NCBI GenBank assembly: GCA_951406725.2
Contig: OX597816.1
Coordinates: 7,316,001 to 7,380,000, forward strand
Direction: 5' to 3'
DNA length: 64,000 bases
Source of the DNA: Octopus vulgaris
Lineage: Eukaryota
Shown piece after piece: positions 15,640 to 30,422 of the stretch (the stretch's first letter is position 1; the number at the start of each line of letters is the position of its first letter). The position numbers and the translations under genes are program-made. Under the pieces are notes generated by a model. That model made no database searches. It saw only the letters and a list, made by a program, of their open reading frames with translations, and was not told the origin of the DNA.

Positions 15640-16440
15640 ATGTATGTATGTATGTATGTATGTATGTATGTATGTATGTATGTATGTATGTATGTATGTA
15701 TGTATGTATGTATGTGTGTGTGTATGTATGTATGTATGTATGTATGTATGTATGTATGTATGTATGTATGTATGTATGTATGTGTGTATGTATGTATGTA
15801 TGTATGTATGTATGTATGCATGCATGCATGCATGCATGTATGTATGTATGTATGTATGTATGTATGTATGTATGTATGTATGTATGTATGTATGCATGCA
15901 TGCATGTATGTATGTATGTATGTATGTATGTCGGTATGTATGTATGTATGTATGTATGTATGTATGTATGTATGTATGTATGTATGTATGCATGCATGTA
16001 TGTATGTATGTATGTATGTATGTATGTATGTATGTATGTATGCATGTATGCATGTATGTATGTATGTATGTATGTATGTATGTATGTATGTATGTATGTA
16101 TGTATGCATGCATGTATGTATGTATGTATGTATGTATGTATGTATGTATGTATGCATGTATGTATGTATGTATGTATATATGTATGTATGTATGCATGCA
16201 TGTATGAATGTATGTAAGTATGTATGTATTTATGTATGTATGTAGGTGTGTATGTATGTATGTTTATTTGTGTGTGTGTGTTTGTGTGTATGTATGTGTG
16301 TATGCATGTATGTGTGTATGCAAGTATTTATGTGTGTGTATGTATGTGTGTATGCAAGTATGTATGTATGTATGTATGTATGTATGTATGTATGTATGTA
16401 TGTATGTATGTATGTATGTATGTATGTATGTGTGTATGTA
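13365..16440. repeat. Large (TATG)n / (CATA)n / (TATG)n tetranucleotide satellite block with orientation switches
   Basis: (TATG)n 13370-13545, (CATA)n 13660-15170 and (TATG)n 15405-16440, separated by short unique inserts. Confidence 0.95.
13937..13994 (+). mobile_element. 3'-terminal stub of the RLE LINE at 60135-60840, inside (CATA)n
   Basis: ATCTTTGTAGAAACCAGCTCCTTCCTCAGAGGAAGAATTT aligns with 60772 ATCTTTGTTAGAAACTGGCTCCCTCCTCAGTGGAAGATTT. Confidence 0.7.
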
Positions 16441-16494
16441 TTGCTATTTTGTGTGAAATGTAATTTAATGTAAACATCACATATGTTTTGAGCT

Positions 16495-16511
16495 GTCGCT
16501 AGAGGGCGCTG
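16495..16511 (+). promoter_or_regulatory. CTCF-like motif
   Basis: GTCGCTAGAGGGCGCTG resembles the CTCF core consensus; motif match only. Confidence 0.3.
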
Positions 16512-16857
16512 AATTGTACTTCATTCCCAAAGGAACGTTGTCAGACCAAATTTTGGTGAAGCTTTTGTAGCTCTCAACTAATGGAACGGTTCCATTATTG
16601 TTGAATAAGAACTGGGAAGGGAAAAACCCCTTAATTTGTTACGATTAAGCATTAAGTCATTTGTTGTTGTTGTTTAGGCCAAGGGCGGTCATGCTGGAGC
16701 AGATCTATGATCAAAGATGTTTCAAATTTGATAAAGTCTTGTTTTTCAGGCATAGTCTATCTAGGAATACACCATCGAATGTACTTTGTTTTTTTTTTGT
16801 ATGACAGTTGGGTGTGATTTCAGGAAGATTTGTTGTTTTTGTATCGTTATAGTTTTC

Positions 16858-17246
16858 TTGTTTCTATCGTTATACGGTGGTCACGCTGGAGCACCGCCTT
16901 TAAGATCTTTTAGTCGTATGAACCGACCCCAGCACTTATTTATTTTTCTTTTTTAAGCCGGTACTTATTCTAATCGGACTCTTTTGGTGGACCGCTAAGT
17001 CATGGGGATGTATGTACACCAAACCGGATGTCAAGCGGAGGTGGTGGACAAACACAAACACACACACATTCACCTACACACATACACACACACAAATAAA
17101 CACATATATGTCAGGCTTCATTCAGTTTCCTTTTACTAAATTCACTCAAGGCTATAGTAGATGATACTTGCCCAAGGTGTCACATAGTGGGACTGAACTC
17201 GGGACCATGTGATCGGGAAGCAAAATTCTTACCAAAGAGCCACGCA
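16858..17246 (-). mobile_element. Family C SINE (diverged)
   Basis: CTGGAGCACCGCCTTT...CTTGCCCAAGGTG...GGGACTGAACTCGGGACCATGTG. Confidence 0.8.
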
Positions 17247-17407
17247 TGTTGTTATTTTTAGCAAGTTGTGTGACCGTATACAGGTTCCCTGTATGACTTG
17301 AGATTAATTTTTGTAAGAGTGGGGTGAGTGGATCGAGTCCATCTCAGATAATAATCAAGTTGTTAGTAGTTCCTCTATCTTGGAAGGATGAATAGAGATC
17401 AAGTATA

Positions 17408-17567
17408 GGCACAGGCGGGGCTGTTGGGTAAGAAGCTTGCTTCCCAACCACATGGTTCCGGGTTCAGTCCCATTGCACGGGACCTTGGGTAAGTGTTTTG
17501 TACTATAGCATCGGGCTGACCAAAGCCTTGTGAGTGGATTTGGCTGACAGAAACTGAAAGAAGCCTG

Positions 17568-17601
<34 letters not shown>

Positions 17602-17653
17602 TGCTTTTAAATATATATACTCTACCTCTAGTATTTGAGTACTCTTCTTTCCA

Positions 17654-17715
<62 letters not shown>

Positions 17716-17753
17716 TTAGAAAAGACCCACCTATCAATTCAATAATGAAAAAT

Positions 17754-17793
<40 letters not shown>

Positions 17794-18047
17794 CGTGCGT
17801 GCGTGTGTGTGTGTGTGCGTGTGTGTGCGTGTGTGTGCGTGTGTGTGTATGTGTGTGTGTTTGTATGTGATTGTGTCTGTTTTTTCTCTACCACTGCTAG
17901 GCAACCTTATTGGTGTGTTTACATCTCTGTAACTTAGCGGTTCCGTTAAAGAGACCGATAGAAAATGTACCAGGCTTAAAAAAAGAAATTAAGAACTCTT
18001 CAAGGCGGTGCCCCAATATGGCCACAGTCTAAAGATTGAAAGAAGTA
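17408..18047 (+). mobile_element. Family C SINE with expanded microsatellite and two short inserts
   Basis: Head and CORE-like part 17408-17570, 3' part 17870-18047; inserts at ~17599-17657 and ~17716-17755. Confidence 0.8.
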
Positions 18048-18775
18048 TAATGTACATACTGACGGATTTTCCCTCTGGAATATCACAATTCATTAACGTT
18101 AGTATCTGATCAAGTCGAAGTCAATTCTGATGGAGTCGAGGTCATCAATTTTACAAAAAGTAGCGACTGAGGATTGTCTGACCCTCATAACACAAAGACT
18201 TGCTTTAGGACATCGCTGCAACAAATCTTACAGAAAAAACCCATTCTTTTAGACATAGTTCACTTAACCCATTAACTGCCAAATTATTTTATTCATATTT
18301 TTTGACTTTGCCAAGTGTCTTAGGAGTTAAAATAATATTTTGTATTTAAATTTTTTTTATATGTGAATTATTCTTTGAAATTACAATAAATTTTTCGAAA
18401 AATCTCAAATCAGTATCACAAAATAAAAAGCATATTTATCCTTTTCTATTCAATTGCAATAATAAACATTTTAGTCTTCTTTGAAACTGTAGTAACAATT
18501 GAGAATGTGTATGAAGTATAAATGAATGATACAGATGGGAAATGAAAGAAGGACAAAAAGTTTTCAAAACAGTCAATATTTTTGTAGTTCAAAAATTGCG
18601 ATTTATGACATAAAATGTCCTCTAGAATTAACCAGATCTGATAATGACAAACTTTAACTACTAAATATTATTAAACACCCCTCTGCAAATGCCATGTACA
18701 TAAGCTATTCACTTTAAATACAACCAACAACCTGCAGTGAGACTGTTAACATCCTTACTTTGTGTTTTATTTACT

Positions 18776-19179
18776 TTGGATCGTTTCCTTTTGAACGGCA
18801 GTTTTTAACATAATTTCTAGGTAACTTAAAAATTTAATTTTCGTATACTGGTAGAATGTGTTTATAAAACATCTTTTTCTCTTGGCTTTATTGAGAAAAT
18901 TCTATAGTTTGTAAGATATTTGTTGTTTTTTTCGTCAATTTCTGCCATTTCAACCAATCACTGACGTCTATTGAGTTAAAAAACATTCTGTGCCGTATGA
19001 ATATGTCCCTCGTTTAAAAAACAGATTTGTGAAGAAAAAAAGATACCATTCCCCCACTCCTAACCCTAACCCTAAAATAGATTGAAATTCAATAGATCGA
19101 TACTAGGGTCATAATTATGGGTGACAATTTCATATGACACCGTTAGAAAAAACTGTCGTTCAAACCGAAAAGGTCCCAA
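18776..19179. mobile_element. MITE / non-autonomous DNA transposon (~400 bp)
   Basis: Imperfect ~30 bp TIRs GGATCGTTTCCTTTTGAACGGCAGTTTTT and AAAAACTGTCGTTCAAACCGAAAAGGTCC; short internal (CCCTAA) run at ~19059-19076. Confidence 0.75.
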
Positions 19180-19254
19180 TTTTGTTACAAATTAAGTCCT
19201 TTTTATAAAATATTTCAGCCAAATGCATGTTCTAGTGCATTACATAAACCAATT

Positions 19255-19552
19255 ACCACTCCGTCGCTTGCGACGATGAGCGTTCCCGTCGATCCGATCA
19301 ATGGAACAGCCTGCTTGTGAAATTCGCGTGCAAGTGGCTGAGTACTCCACAGACACGAATACTCTCAACGTAGTTCTCGGGGAGATTCAGCATGACACAG
19401 AGTGTGACAAGGCTGGCCCTTTTGAATCACAGGTACAGCTGAGCAAGATGAAATTAAGTGTCTTGCTTAAGGACACAGCGCGCCGCTGGGAATCGAACTC
19501 ACAGCCTTACGATCGCGAACCGGATACTCTAACCACTAAACCACGCGTCTTC
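19255..19552 (-). mobile_element. tRNA-derived SINE (distinct family)
   Basis: Minus strand: GTGGTTTAGTGGTTAG (A box), GAGTTCGATTCCC (B box), TGTGTCCTTAAGCAAGACACTT. Confidence 0.8.
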
Positions 19553-19659
19553 ATATATAACCTACTACACTGAATTTTAACATATGACTCTCGGTGACTC
19601 TCGCAATACAGAGTCACTATTATATCCATCCTGTACCGTGGACATCACCGGTAATACTT

Positions 19660-20024
19660 TTCTCTTACTAGTTTCATGGACTGCGGCCATGCTGGAGCAC
19701 CGCCTTTAGTCGAACAAATCGACCCTAGGACTTATTTTTTGTAAGCCTAGTACTTATTTTAAAGATCTGTTTTTGCCGAACTGCTAAGTTACGGGGACAT
19801 AAACACACCAACATCGGTTGTCAAGCGATGGTGGGGGTACAGACACACAAGCATATATATACATATATACGACGGGCTTCTTTCAGTTTCCGTCTACTAA
19901 ATCCACTCACAAGACTTTGGTCGGCCCGAGGCTATATCAGAAGACACTTGCTCAATGTGCCACGCAGTGGTACTGAACCCGGAACCATGTGGTTGGAAAG
20001 CAAGCTTCTTACCACACAGCCTCG
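19660..20024 (-). mobile_element. Family C SINE
   Basis: Matches the family throughout. Confidence 0.88.
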
Positions 20025-20353
20025 CCATTATATTGCCATTTATGAATTTTTTAAATCTACAGATTATATTTTAGGTAACATGGGTTTCAGTGGTTACTTT
20101 TTCACCAAAATTATTCTATGGAGGGGAGCGCCGCAATGAGGGAGATGACAGCGAGCAGCGCCCTTCTGATATTTGTGTTCTGTACATCTCAGAAAATTTC
20201 AGAAAATAATTTGGCTTTGCCAAGTGTCTTAGGAGTTAAAATAATATTTTGTATTTAAATTTTTTTTATATGTGAATTATTCATACATACGTACATATAC
20301 ATACATACATACATACATACATACATACATACATACATACATACATACATACA

Positions 20354-20385
<32 letters not shown>

Positions 20386-20573
20386 CATACATACATACAT
20401 ATATATATATATACATACATACATATATATATATACGTCTAAATTCCTAAATGGAATCATAGATGAGAACTGATATCAGTACAGTATTGGTACTTTCAAT
20501 GGACCTTCAATGGATAGGAGGCGCCTTGATGAGATTTGAACTCAGAGCGTAGTACGCCGGAACTAAATTCAAA

Positions 20574-20622
<49 letters not shown>

Positions 20623-21864
20623 GTATGTATATATATACATATGTAATTTGAACCATGGTAATGTGAGGCGACATAAAAAGAAAAGTATTGTGAGTCACCG
20701 ATGACTCCTGTAATATATTAAGAATACTGCGTGGTGAATCACCAATGACGCCCATGGCAGGCAATGTTTTAAACAGAACACATAACTCTATCAACTTTTA
20801 TTAAAAGCTAGTATATCCGTGCTCTCAAAAATGGTGGTATTTTTGAAAGAAATAAGCTGAAACTTGTATTTGATAAATATATTGACAAAACATACATTCT
20901 TTATATTTGATCGATAACTGATCAAAGCCCATTATATTAATAATCAATATAGCATGTATTCCATACATATATAAATCTAAATATCATTGTGATATGTCTT
21001 ATATCTAAAGCAGTTACTGTGAAACATACATATATTACAATATACAAATTTCATTATCCAATCTACTTTCACTGCAAACATTTTCTATGATGAATACAAA
21101 TGACTTTCCGTAGAGAATATATTACAATTTTCAAACGCTAAAATATATACGTTTGCAATATACACACATAATATACATTTCATACATTGCTCATTTATTT
21201 TATTACACTGAATTACGGAACATAATTTAGATATTCATTCAGTAAGACTTCTTTGTGAATTTAGTAAGAATGACATTTGCTGAGCGGGACTTAAACAACG
21301 CCAGTAATATCAACAACTTAATGAATTAAATTTTTAAAACAGAAAACATTTGTTTGGAAGGAACTGATGCAATTTCAATCGATATCATTGAACGGATGTT
21401 AAAAATGGAACATATTTCTTTGTAACCACCGATAACGGTCGCTCGACTGCAATGGAGGTTAGCTAACAGCTCACCTCCCTTAAATCATACTCTGCCACTT
21501 TAAAAGGGCAACTTCGAAAAGTATATCAGTACACAGTATGGTCACGTTTGGAATGTCTTTGATTAGAGATCACAACTGGGCTGAGATGTGGAAAAAGGAC
21601 AATAACAACAACACTATTAATTTCTTTTATTCGCTCAGAGATATTAAGAACAAACTGCTATTTCCTTATCTGCAGCCATGTTCACGTTAAACTTCCGTTC
21701 GGTTTCTATTCAGTCGTGACATCTTCACAGTGTAATGGCGCTCATTTAATTGGAAAGTGTCGAGTTAAATAATAACAAGCAAACAGATGTGACTCTGGGG
21801 AAACGGGTTCAACTCCAACAATCAAACAATCGAAGCTTTATCTGTACTTTAAAAAAAAAAAACA

Positions 21865-22281
21865 AGAGTGGCTGTGTGGTAAGTAGCTTGCTAACCAACC
21901 ACATGGTTCCGGGTTCAGTCCCACTGCGTGTCATCTAGGGCAAGTGTCTTCTGCTATAGCCCCGGGCCGACCAATGCCTTGTGAGTGGATTTGGTAGATG
22001 GAAACTGAAAGAAGCCTGTCGTATATATGTATATATATATATGTATGTGTGTGTGAATATGTTTGTGTTTATGTCTGTGTTTGTTCCCCTAGCATTGCTT
22101 GACAACCGATGCTGGTGTGTTTACGTCCCCGTCACTTAGCGGTTCGGCAAAAGAGACCGATAGAATAAGTACTGGGCTTACAAAGAATAAGTCCCGGGGT
22201 CGATTTGCTCTCGACTAAAGGCGGTGCTCCAGCATGGCCGCAGTCAAATGACTGAAACAAGTAAAAAGAGAAAAAAAGAGT
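21865..22281 (+). mobile_element. Family C SINE (near full length)
   Basis: GAGTGGCTGTGTGGTAAG...GACTGAAACAAGTAAAAAGAG. Confidence 0.9.
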
Positions 22282-22458
22282 AAACAACCGGCTTTACGGA
22301 TTTGATGCATTGAGTTGTTGGTGCCTAACACCAGACTGATCAAGGCGTTCCGGTCAAGACCCTCCTGTCTTTTTGTACAGTATTACAATATCTAATGTGT
22401 CACTTTTGAAAACGGTAGAATGTAGCTTGAAGGAGATTTCGTTGCTATTGTGTATGGT

Positions 22459-22926
<468 letters not shown>

Positions 22927-23044
22927 TTGTTCTTGACATTCGTGAATTGAAAACTGACTTATCTTTGCTGAGATAAGCAATCATCCCTAATTTGCTCATA
23001 AATACTTACTTCACCACTGTACTCGCGTACTTTCAGACACTAGC

Positions 23045-23084
<40 letters not shown>

Positions 23085-23361
23085 TTACAAACACAAACAC
23101 AAACACAAACACACACACCTTTTTCCCCTTACATACTATCAGCAGGTTTCTTAACGGTGTGCAATTAAACAGTAATATTAAGATTTCTTGAACAAAAGAA
23201 AATAATTTCACGTTTGGTTTTCTTTTCTATTTTTAAATCTCTGGACCTGGCATCAACGAATGGCTTCCGTAATTGCTTTCAATTTTCAGATGGTATTTAA
23301 AAGAGTTATTTCGTTTCACACGTAGATAATTACATATTAACTCGATGTAGTAGCAGTAGTA

Positions 23362-23427
<66 letters not shown>

Positions 23428-23544
23428 ACAGCAGCATAAAAAGAAACGCTATGTCAGACAAGTATTGTAAATTCCTCATTCTGATAAATTATCTTGCCGA
23501 TGATGAAGATGATGATGATTAAAATTGTTGTCGTCGTTATCATT

Positions 23545-23581
<37 letters not shown>

Positions 23582-23664
23582 CTACCACCACCGCCACCAT
23601 CACCACCATCACCATCACCATCACCATCATCATGGCTCTTTAATAATCACCCACACCATATTAG

Positions 23665-23986
<322 letters not shown>

Positions 23987-25079
23987 GTTTCTTGCAGATG
24001 GACAGAGCCTCCAGCTATTTCCGAGACAAACCCAGCCAGCAGCTTGATATTTTATTCGGCTATTTTAAGCCGTATGTTTCGTAATGTTGGTAAATTCCTA
24101 TAAGTTCCTATGGCGCGGGGAGAAAAATGTAAAAGCAAAAACACTTTTCTGTTATTCCCTCTCAGACGAAAAGTTTTTCGCTCAAACTAACAGAAACCCC
24201 ACCCGTCGCTATACGGACTTACCCACATTTGTCAGCTTTACTAAATAATTTTTCCGACGTGGCTTCATTAGCGATAGTTTCGTGACGTTCTTGCAACAAT
24301 TTTCATACCGTCTCCATAAGCAGTCATTATCCACGCCGTATCTACGAATCAAGTTTCGTATATAACCCAAACACACCAAAGAACGGTACCAAGAGTCACA
24401 AGGTGATACTACTTGCAGTGTAGCAATGAAAAGATTCCTCAGTTTCGAAATACTTGTTGTTAGAAAGCTGGTTGCGAAAAAGCATAAACTGTTTGTAAGA
24501 AAACAAAATATCCAGTTTGGAACCGCTAAAAGTCATATAAATATATAATGTGAGGAATAAACATTAAACGCTGTTCAAGAGATAAAAACCGTCTGAGATT
24601 ATTTACAAATGAGCTAGCAGATAAGGAAATGGTCATTCTGAAACAAAGACCCACGTACGAAATGATAATTTGTTTAACGATGCTTCTCCAATGTCGTTTT
24701 GACTAAATGTTTAAAGGTAATTTAATAAATATCTAAATTAAGTTACGTTGCTATTTAGATCTCACAGTCCAGTTATTGTTTGTGAACTGAACAGTTCTCG
24801 GTCTGAGGTCAAGGAAAGATAACTCTGCTGATAAGTAATAAACGCAATCTGCCTTCTCTCTTAGAAAGTTTTCAAATGGAAGTTGAAAAACACTCCTGGT
24901 GCTTAAATATACATATTTAACTAGATTTTATGGCTGAAGAACAATGTGAATGGTTGCTAGGAATTTAAATAAGTATATATAATCAGGTGAGGAGCTCCTT
25001 TACCGGCAGAACTTTCATGATCTCTACCTGCACAAGTCAAGTGGACAGGCAACATTGATGAGGCTGATATACTTAAACT

Positions 25080-25275
25080 TACCTACCTACCTGCCTGCCT
25101 ACCTACCTACCTACCTACCTACCTACCTACCTACCTACCTACCTACCTACCTACCTACCTACCTACCTACATACATACATACATACCTACCTACATACCT
25201 ACCTACCTACCTACCTACCTACCTACCTACCTACCTACCTACCTACATACATACCTACCTACATACATACATACA
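25080..25275. repeat. (CCTA)n/(CATA)n microsatellite
   Basis: Direct reading. Confidence 0.95.
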
Positions 25276-25509
25276 TGGCACTACAACCAGCCAGGAACAG
25301 TCTTCGCTACATTTGCAGTACCTGCCAGAGGGAGTGTTTGTCCAGGATAGGACTACACAGCCACAGCAACAAATGTAACAGGAAATAAAATATAACAGCC
25401 GGACTAGACCTAAAAAAAAAAAAAAAAAAAATGCGCAACTCCATTGTCTCCCGAGACAGAAAGGATGCCAAACAAACAAAAACATACATACATACATACA
25501 TACATACGA

Positions 25510-25790
25510 GTGGGTGCTAAAATCCAGGCGGCTAAGGACGAATGTCCTCCAGAGGACAATCATGGTTTCCTTATCTTTGGTTCGGAATGTTCTCATACTC
25601 CATCCAGCCAATCGTCTGCATTTTGTCGCCATCCTGGTAATGTGCACTTGGAAAGAGGTATTCTCACTCATGTCGATACCCAAGTCCCTCACTGAGTTAG
25701 GCTCTGAGATTGAAATTCCCTGTGGACCAGTGTACCCTGTAAGTTTCATATTCAGTTTTGGACGTTGGTAGCGCAGGGCCTGGAATTTTT
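25510..25790 (-). mobile_element. CR1/L2-type LINE RT fragment
   Basis: KFQALRY...SVRDLGIDMS...HI...AGWSMRTFRTKDKETMIVLWRTFVLSRLDF. Confidence 0.85.
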
Positions 25791-25995
25791 ATTCCCCATC
25801 TTCCCCTTTCAGATTCACACACTTATTGCATCGGTCCTTCAGTTTTTCTAAGACCTTTAAAAGAACTCGGAAGGTTGCGCTTCCAACCAGGCCTTTCGCG
25901 ACACCCCTAAAGATCTTTATGGTAGTTGAAAAGACATTGGCGTTTATTTCTAATTCAGTACGTGGCGAGGCACTTAGCTGACCCCTAATTATAAT

Positions 25996-26305
<310 letters not shown>

Positions 26306-26347
26306 CATATTTATTATTAAACAAGAAGGTTGTTGACAATGATTTCC

Positions 26348-26410
26348 AAGTTTCGGCCGTTACGCCATCGTCGGGCGATGGCGTAACTAGCCGAAACTTC
26401 GCGGTCACTA
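26348..26410. other. Short foldback built from hammerhead-like halves (PLE-type junction remnant)
   Basis: AAGTTTCGGCCGTTACGCCATCG tcggg CGATGGCGTAACTAGCCGAAACTT; each arm reads GA-t-GGC..GCC-GAAAC. Confidence 0.5.
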
Positions 26411-26517
26411 TTCAGTTGTATTTTTGATTGAGAATAAACTTGTACTCTATAAAAGCATAGAATAAACCTTCAGATTAATGTAAAATTGTTTTTATCAGAA
26501 CTAAACATATAAAGAAA

Positions 26518-26585
<68 letters not shown>

Positions 26586-27189
26586 CACACACATATGCAC
26601 ACCAATCACACGAACTCTCGTACGCCCGTACACGCACACCAGCACACACACACACACACATTGATTTTATAAGCTATATCGATAACATACTACTAACATA
26701 TCACTACAATATCGATTCTGAAACATTGAAATGCAAAGCCAGTTCTCACAAGTTTTCAGCTGTTCTCTCTCTTTCGCCAAATCATTTGTTTGTAGGCCAA
26801 CTCCTCGACCTTGATATCGAGAACGATCGCTTTGTCCTCTGTGTGACTTCTCTTTTCATATTTCCAACGAAAACAACATTACCTCACAATCACTTCGCCT
26901 TCAGAAGTTATATTAAATAAAAATCATATTTAAGTGTGTTTATAATTGTTTAGGAAACTGCAACGCTTGATTAACAATATTATGACGCAGTTATAACACA
27001 TGCATGCATAACCACACACATATATATAATAGAATAAGAAATAAAAGTCCTGGGTATTATATGTTCAAAAGTATTATATGTTCAAAAGAAAAATGAAAAG
27101 AAATGACTTCACTAAAGTTTTCACTTCCTTGGAATAATGTTTGCCCCGCAAACCCTCTTTCATGGGGGGGGGGCGCGAAGAGATGATAG

Positions 27190-27430
27190 TCCAGTGACGA
27201 GGAAGTGAAAACTGTAGTGAATAAGTGGCTCAAAGAACAGTCAACAGAATTTTACAGGGTAGGGACACATGCGCTCATTCGAAGGTGGAACATTGCTATT
27301 GAGAGAAACGGTGACTATGTTGAGAAGTAGGGATGTGATCCACAGAGGACCAGCTTCATTTTGATGTATGATACATGTTCCTGTGTTGGTAATTAAACAA
27401 AATGGCATTACTTTTTGATTCAACCTTGTA
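27190..27430 (+). mobile_element. Mariner transposon 3' relic
   Basis: SDEEVKTVVNKWLKEQSTEFY..G.HALIRRWNIAIERNGDYVEK*, then a TIR-like end CATTACTTTTTGATTCAACCTTG|TA. Confidence 0.8.
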
Positions 27431-27971
27431 CTTTCCATTTAATTTTATTGGGTGCCCAATCGGTTTCGAGCCGTATAAATTGCCATTGTGCAACAACACA
27501 CACTTCAGACCTCTTTTTGAACCATCTTAAGACAACCGCCAATCATTTGTGTCATAAGGATCATACTCAATCTCCTGTAACAAACCAGGTATGTCACAGC
27601 AATATCCTATACTATCCTCTATTCTAAAGTATCTAAGAAGTTCTTCTCTTTTTCTGTAACATGTAATGTATGTGCTAGAAGTAAGCAAGTTTTTCCCTCT
27701 AAATCTTGAAGTTAAAATTTCCGCATTCGATTAAATTCACCTTCCTTATTTCTATTCAAATCTAGTCAAGCGTACTTGTTAATGAGTACATAGGTAAGAT
27801 TATATACAGCGAAAAGTGTTAGGTGCCTATTTTTCGGTATTTGGAAAAGCGTTGACAAAAGTTACAAGAGACTCGCTTTAGTGAATTTTATCAAAAGTTA
27901 TCACCTAAAAGCAGGACCTGATAGAGCAAAACAGTAAAAATTCGTATTCAGCGCCCCCAAATTCACTTTTT

Positions 27972-28036
<65 letters not shown>

Positions 28037-28039
<3 letters not shown>

Positions 28040-28224
28040 TCGCCATGATAGATCGTTAGTCACTACACACATTTTTTTTCACTCCTTGTTTCTCTCCTTG
28101 GTTTTTTTCTGTGTCCCTTTCTGTAGAAACGTAAAAGACTTTATCTATTCCTGAGCGTTATACTAATACATCTGTTTGTTTTGTACACCACCTGTCTTCG
28201 TCTTTTGTTTTTTTCGTAAACTCT

Positions 28225-28229
<5 letters not shown>
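28037..28229 (+). mobile_element. Non-coding PLE-type element (U6-hammerhead family) with stem II deleted, in (TA)n
   Basis: Homologous to 59220-59405 and 37437-37642; CTTT-CTGTAGA-AACGTA-AAAG. Confidence 0.7.
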
Positions 28230-28274
<45 letters not shown>

Positions 28275-28440
28275 TATACTATACTCAAAATGGCGACCAT
28301 GTTGTATTGTATGATATCATGAATAATAATTTTTCATTTCAAAATCAGTAAACATTTATTATGGCGTTCCCTTTATCTGTAACCCAGCACTTTTAGAAGC
28401 AAAAGAGTAAGTAGAAGAAATAAAGCAGAAGGAGAAGCAC

Positions 28441-29062
<622 letters not shown>

Positions 29063-29066
29063 ATTA

Positions 29067-29143
<77 letters not shown>

Positions 29144-29720
29144 GAGTGAGAGAGCAGTGCATGCCATCAAAGTGACACTGGGGTAAAATATACGAAGCCC
29201 AGTATACCCATCATGACTACCTGTCTGATGAGGGTACACCAGGCACATGCATCACAACCATATGTGCGCGACATGGCGATCCCACATCAAGATAAACAGC
29301 GCATGGACTTGCAGGTGGGACCCAGTTAGAATTTTCTTCTGGACGAGTAGCCTATCCTGCTCAAAAGGTCCCTGAATAAGGATTGTTTAAGGATGTTGAA
29401 CGAACCACCCATGTTTCCAGAGGTGAATTGTCCAAGCCTCTAAGAATTCCTTTCAACACATGGCTATGATGCTCCCCTACTACTTCTGCTCGTGATCAGA
29501 GATGCACATATTGTCAGCCATTAAGGGACATGGTCAACTGGTTAAGGTCAAACAACTGACAAGCAAATCTGTGGTATTGAGCAGAATATTTGCTGTAGCC
29601 CATCTTTTATACCAAGACAAAACAATGTACCTGATAACACTTCCAATCAGTTAAGATCAGAAGCCATGAGAGCCAATGCCTGGTACTGCATCAGGGCATA
29701 AGGTACTGCATCAGGGCATT
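29144..29720 (-). mobile_element. ~555 bp non-coding TAA-embedded element, copy 2 (terminal ~20 bp duplicated)
   Basis: Same ends as 10554-11108; GGTACTGCATCAGGGCAT occurs twice in tandem at the end. Confidence 0.85.
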
Positions 29721-29737
29721 TATTATTATTATTATTA

Positions 29738-29853
<116 letters not shown>

Positions 29854-29900
29854 GTTATTATCATTATCATTATCATTATTATCATTATTATTATCATTAT

Positions 29901-30030
29901 TTTTTTTTCTTCTTTCAAATTTGCTTCTATTTCTTGCCGAGTGTCTTCCCGACTCCTAGGGCAAAGAAACTCATACTATACATTGGTAGGCCATTAAACC
30001 AAACTCAATAGTTCGTTCATTTAAAAAAAA
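29901..30030 (-). mobile_element. R4/Dong-like family C 3' UTR stub
   Basis: Near-identical to 32130-32255; abuts (TAA)n. Confidence 0.85.
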
Positions 30031-30034
30031 ATTC

Positions 30035-30282
30035 TTTATCCCAATCGCTTTCACTGTTCTTCCAGCCATTTCTCGCTGGCTTCCTCCATTTCCTTCCTAA
30101 TATTCCTATTCATAACATTCTACTCTTGACTTGCTTCCTGACCCGTTAGCTTAGTCTTCCTCAGGTCTCGCCTTGAGTCACAGGTCCAGAATCTCATCAG
30201 TGACCCATGGTTTCTTTTCCATTCGCCCCAACACTTCTGAAGCCATTTCCTGGAGTGCTTTTTTGATATTGTCAGTCAGAGG
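30035..30282 (-). mobile_element. RTE-type LINE fragment
   Basis: IKKALQEMASEVLGR.EKKPWVTDEILDL, then RRDLRK..., NRNIRKEMEEASEKWLEEQ in a shifted frame. Confidence 0.7.
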
Positions 30283-30362
<80 letters not shown>

Positions 30363-30422
30363 GTGTGTGTGTGTACTTCTCTATTGGTAGAACTTCCGTC
30401 ATTATTCTTCTGGTTTTTGAAT

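Noticed and set aside
19059-19077. Telomeric CCCTAA repeats
   Set aside because: Only about 3 units, internal to a MITE; not an interstitial telomere.
25789-25860. Mariner-like C-terminus [18 protein letters not shown] on the minus strand
   Set aside because: Too short, and no TIR was seen, so it is left uncalled.
29224-29232. CTGATGA inside the 555 bp element
   Set aside because: The other two copies read CTGATAA, and no matching stem II/GAAA follows.
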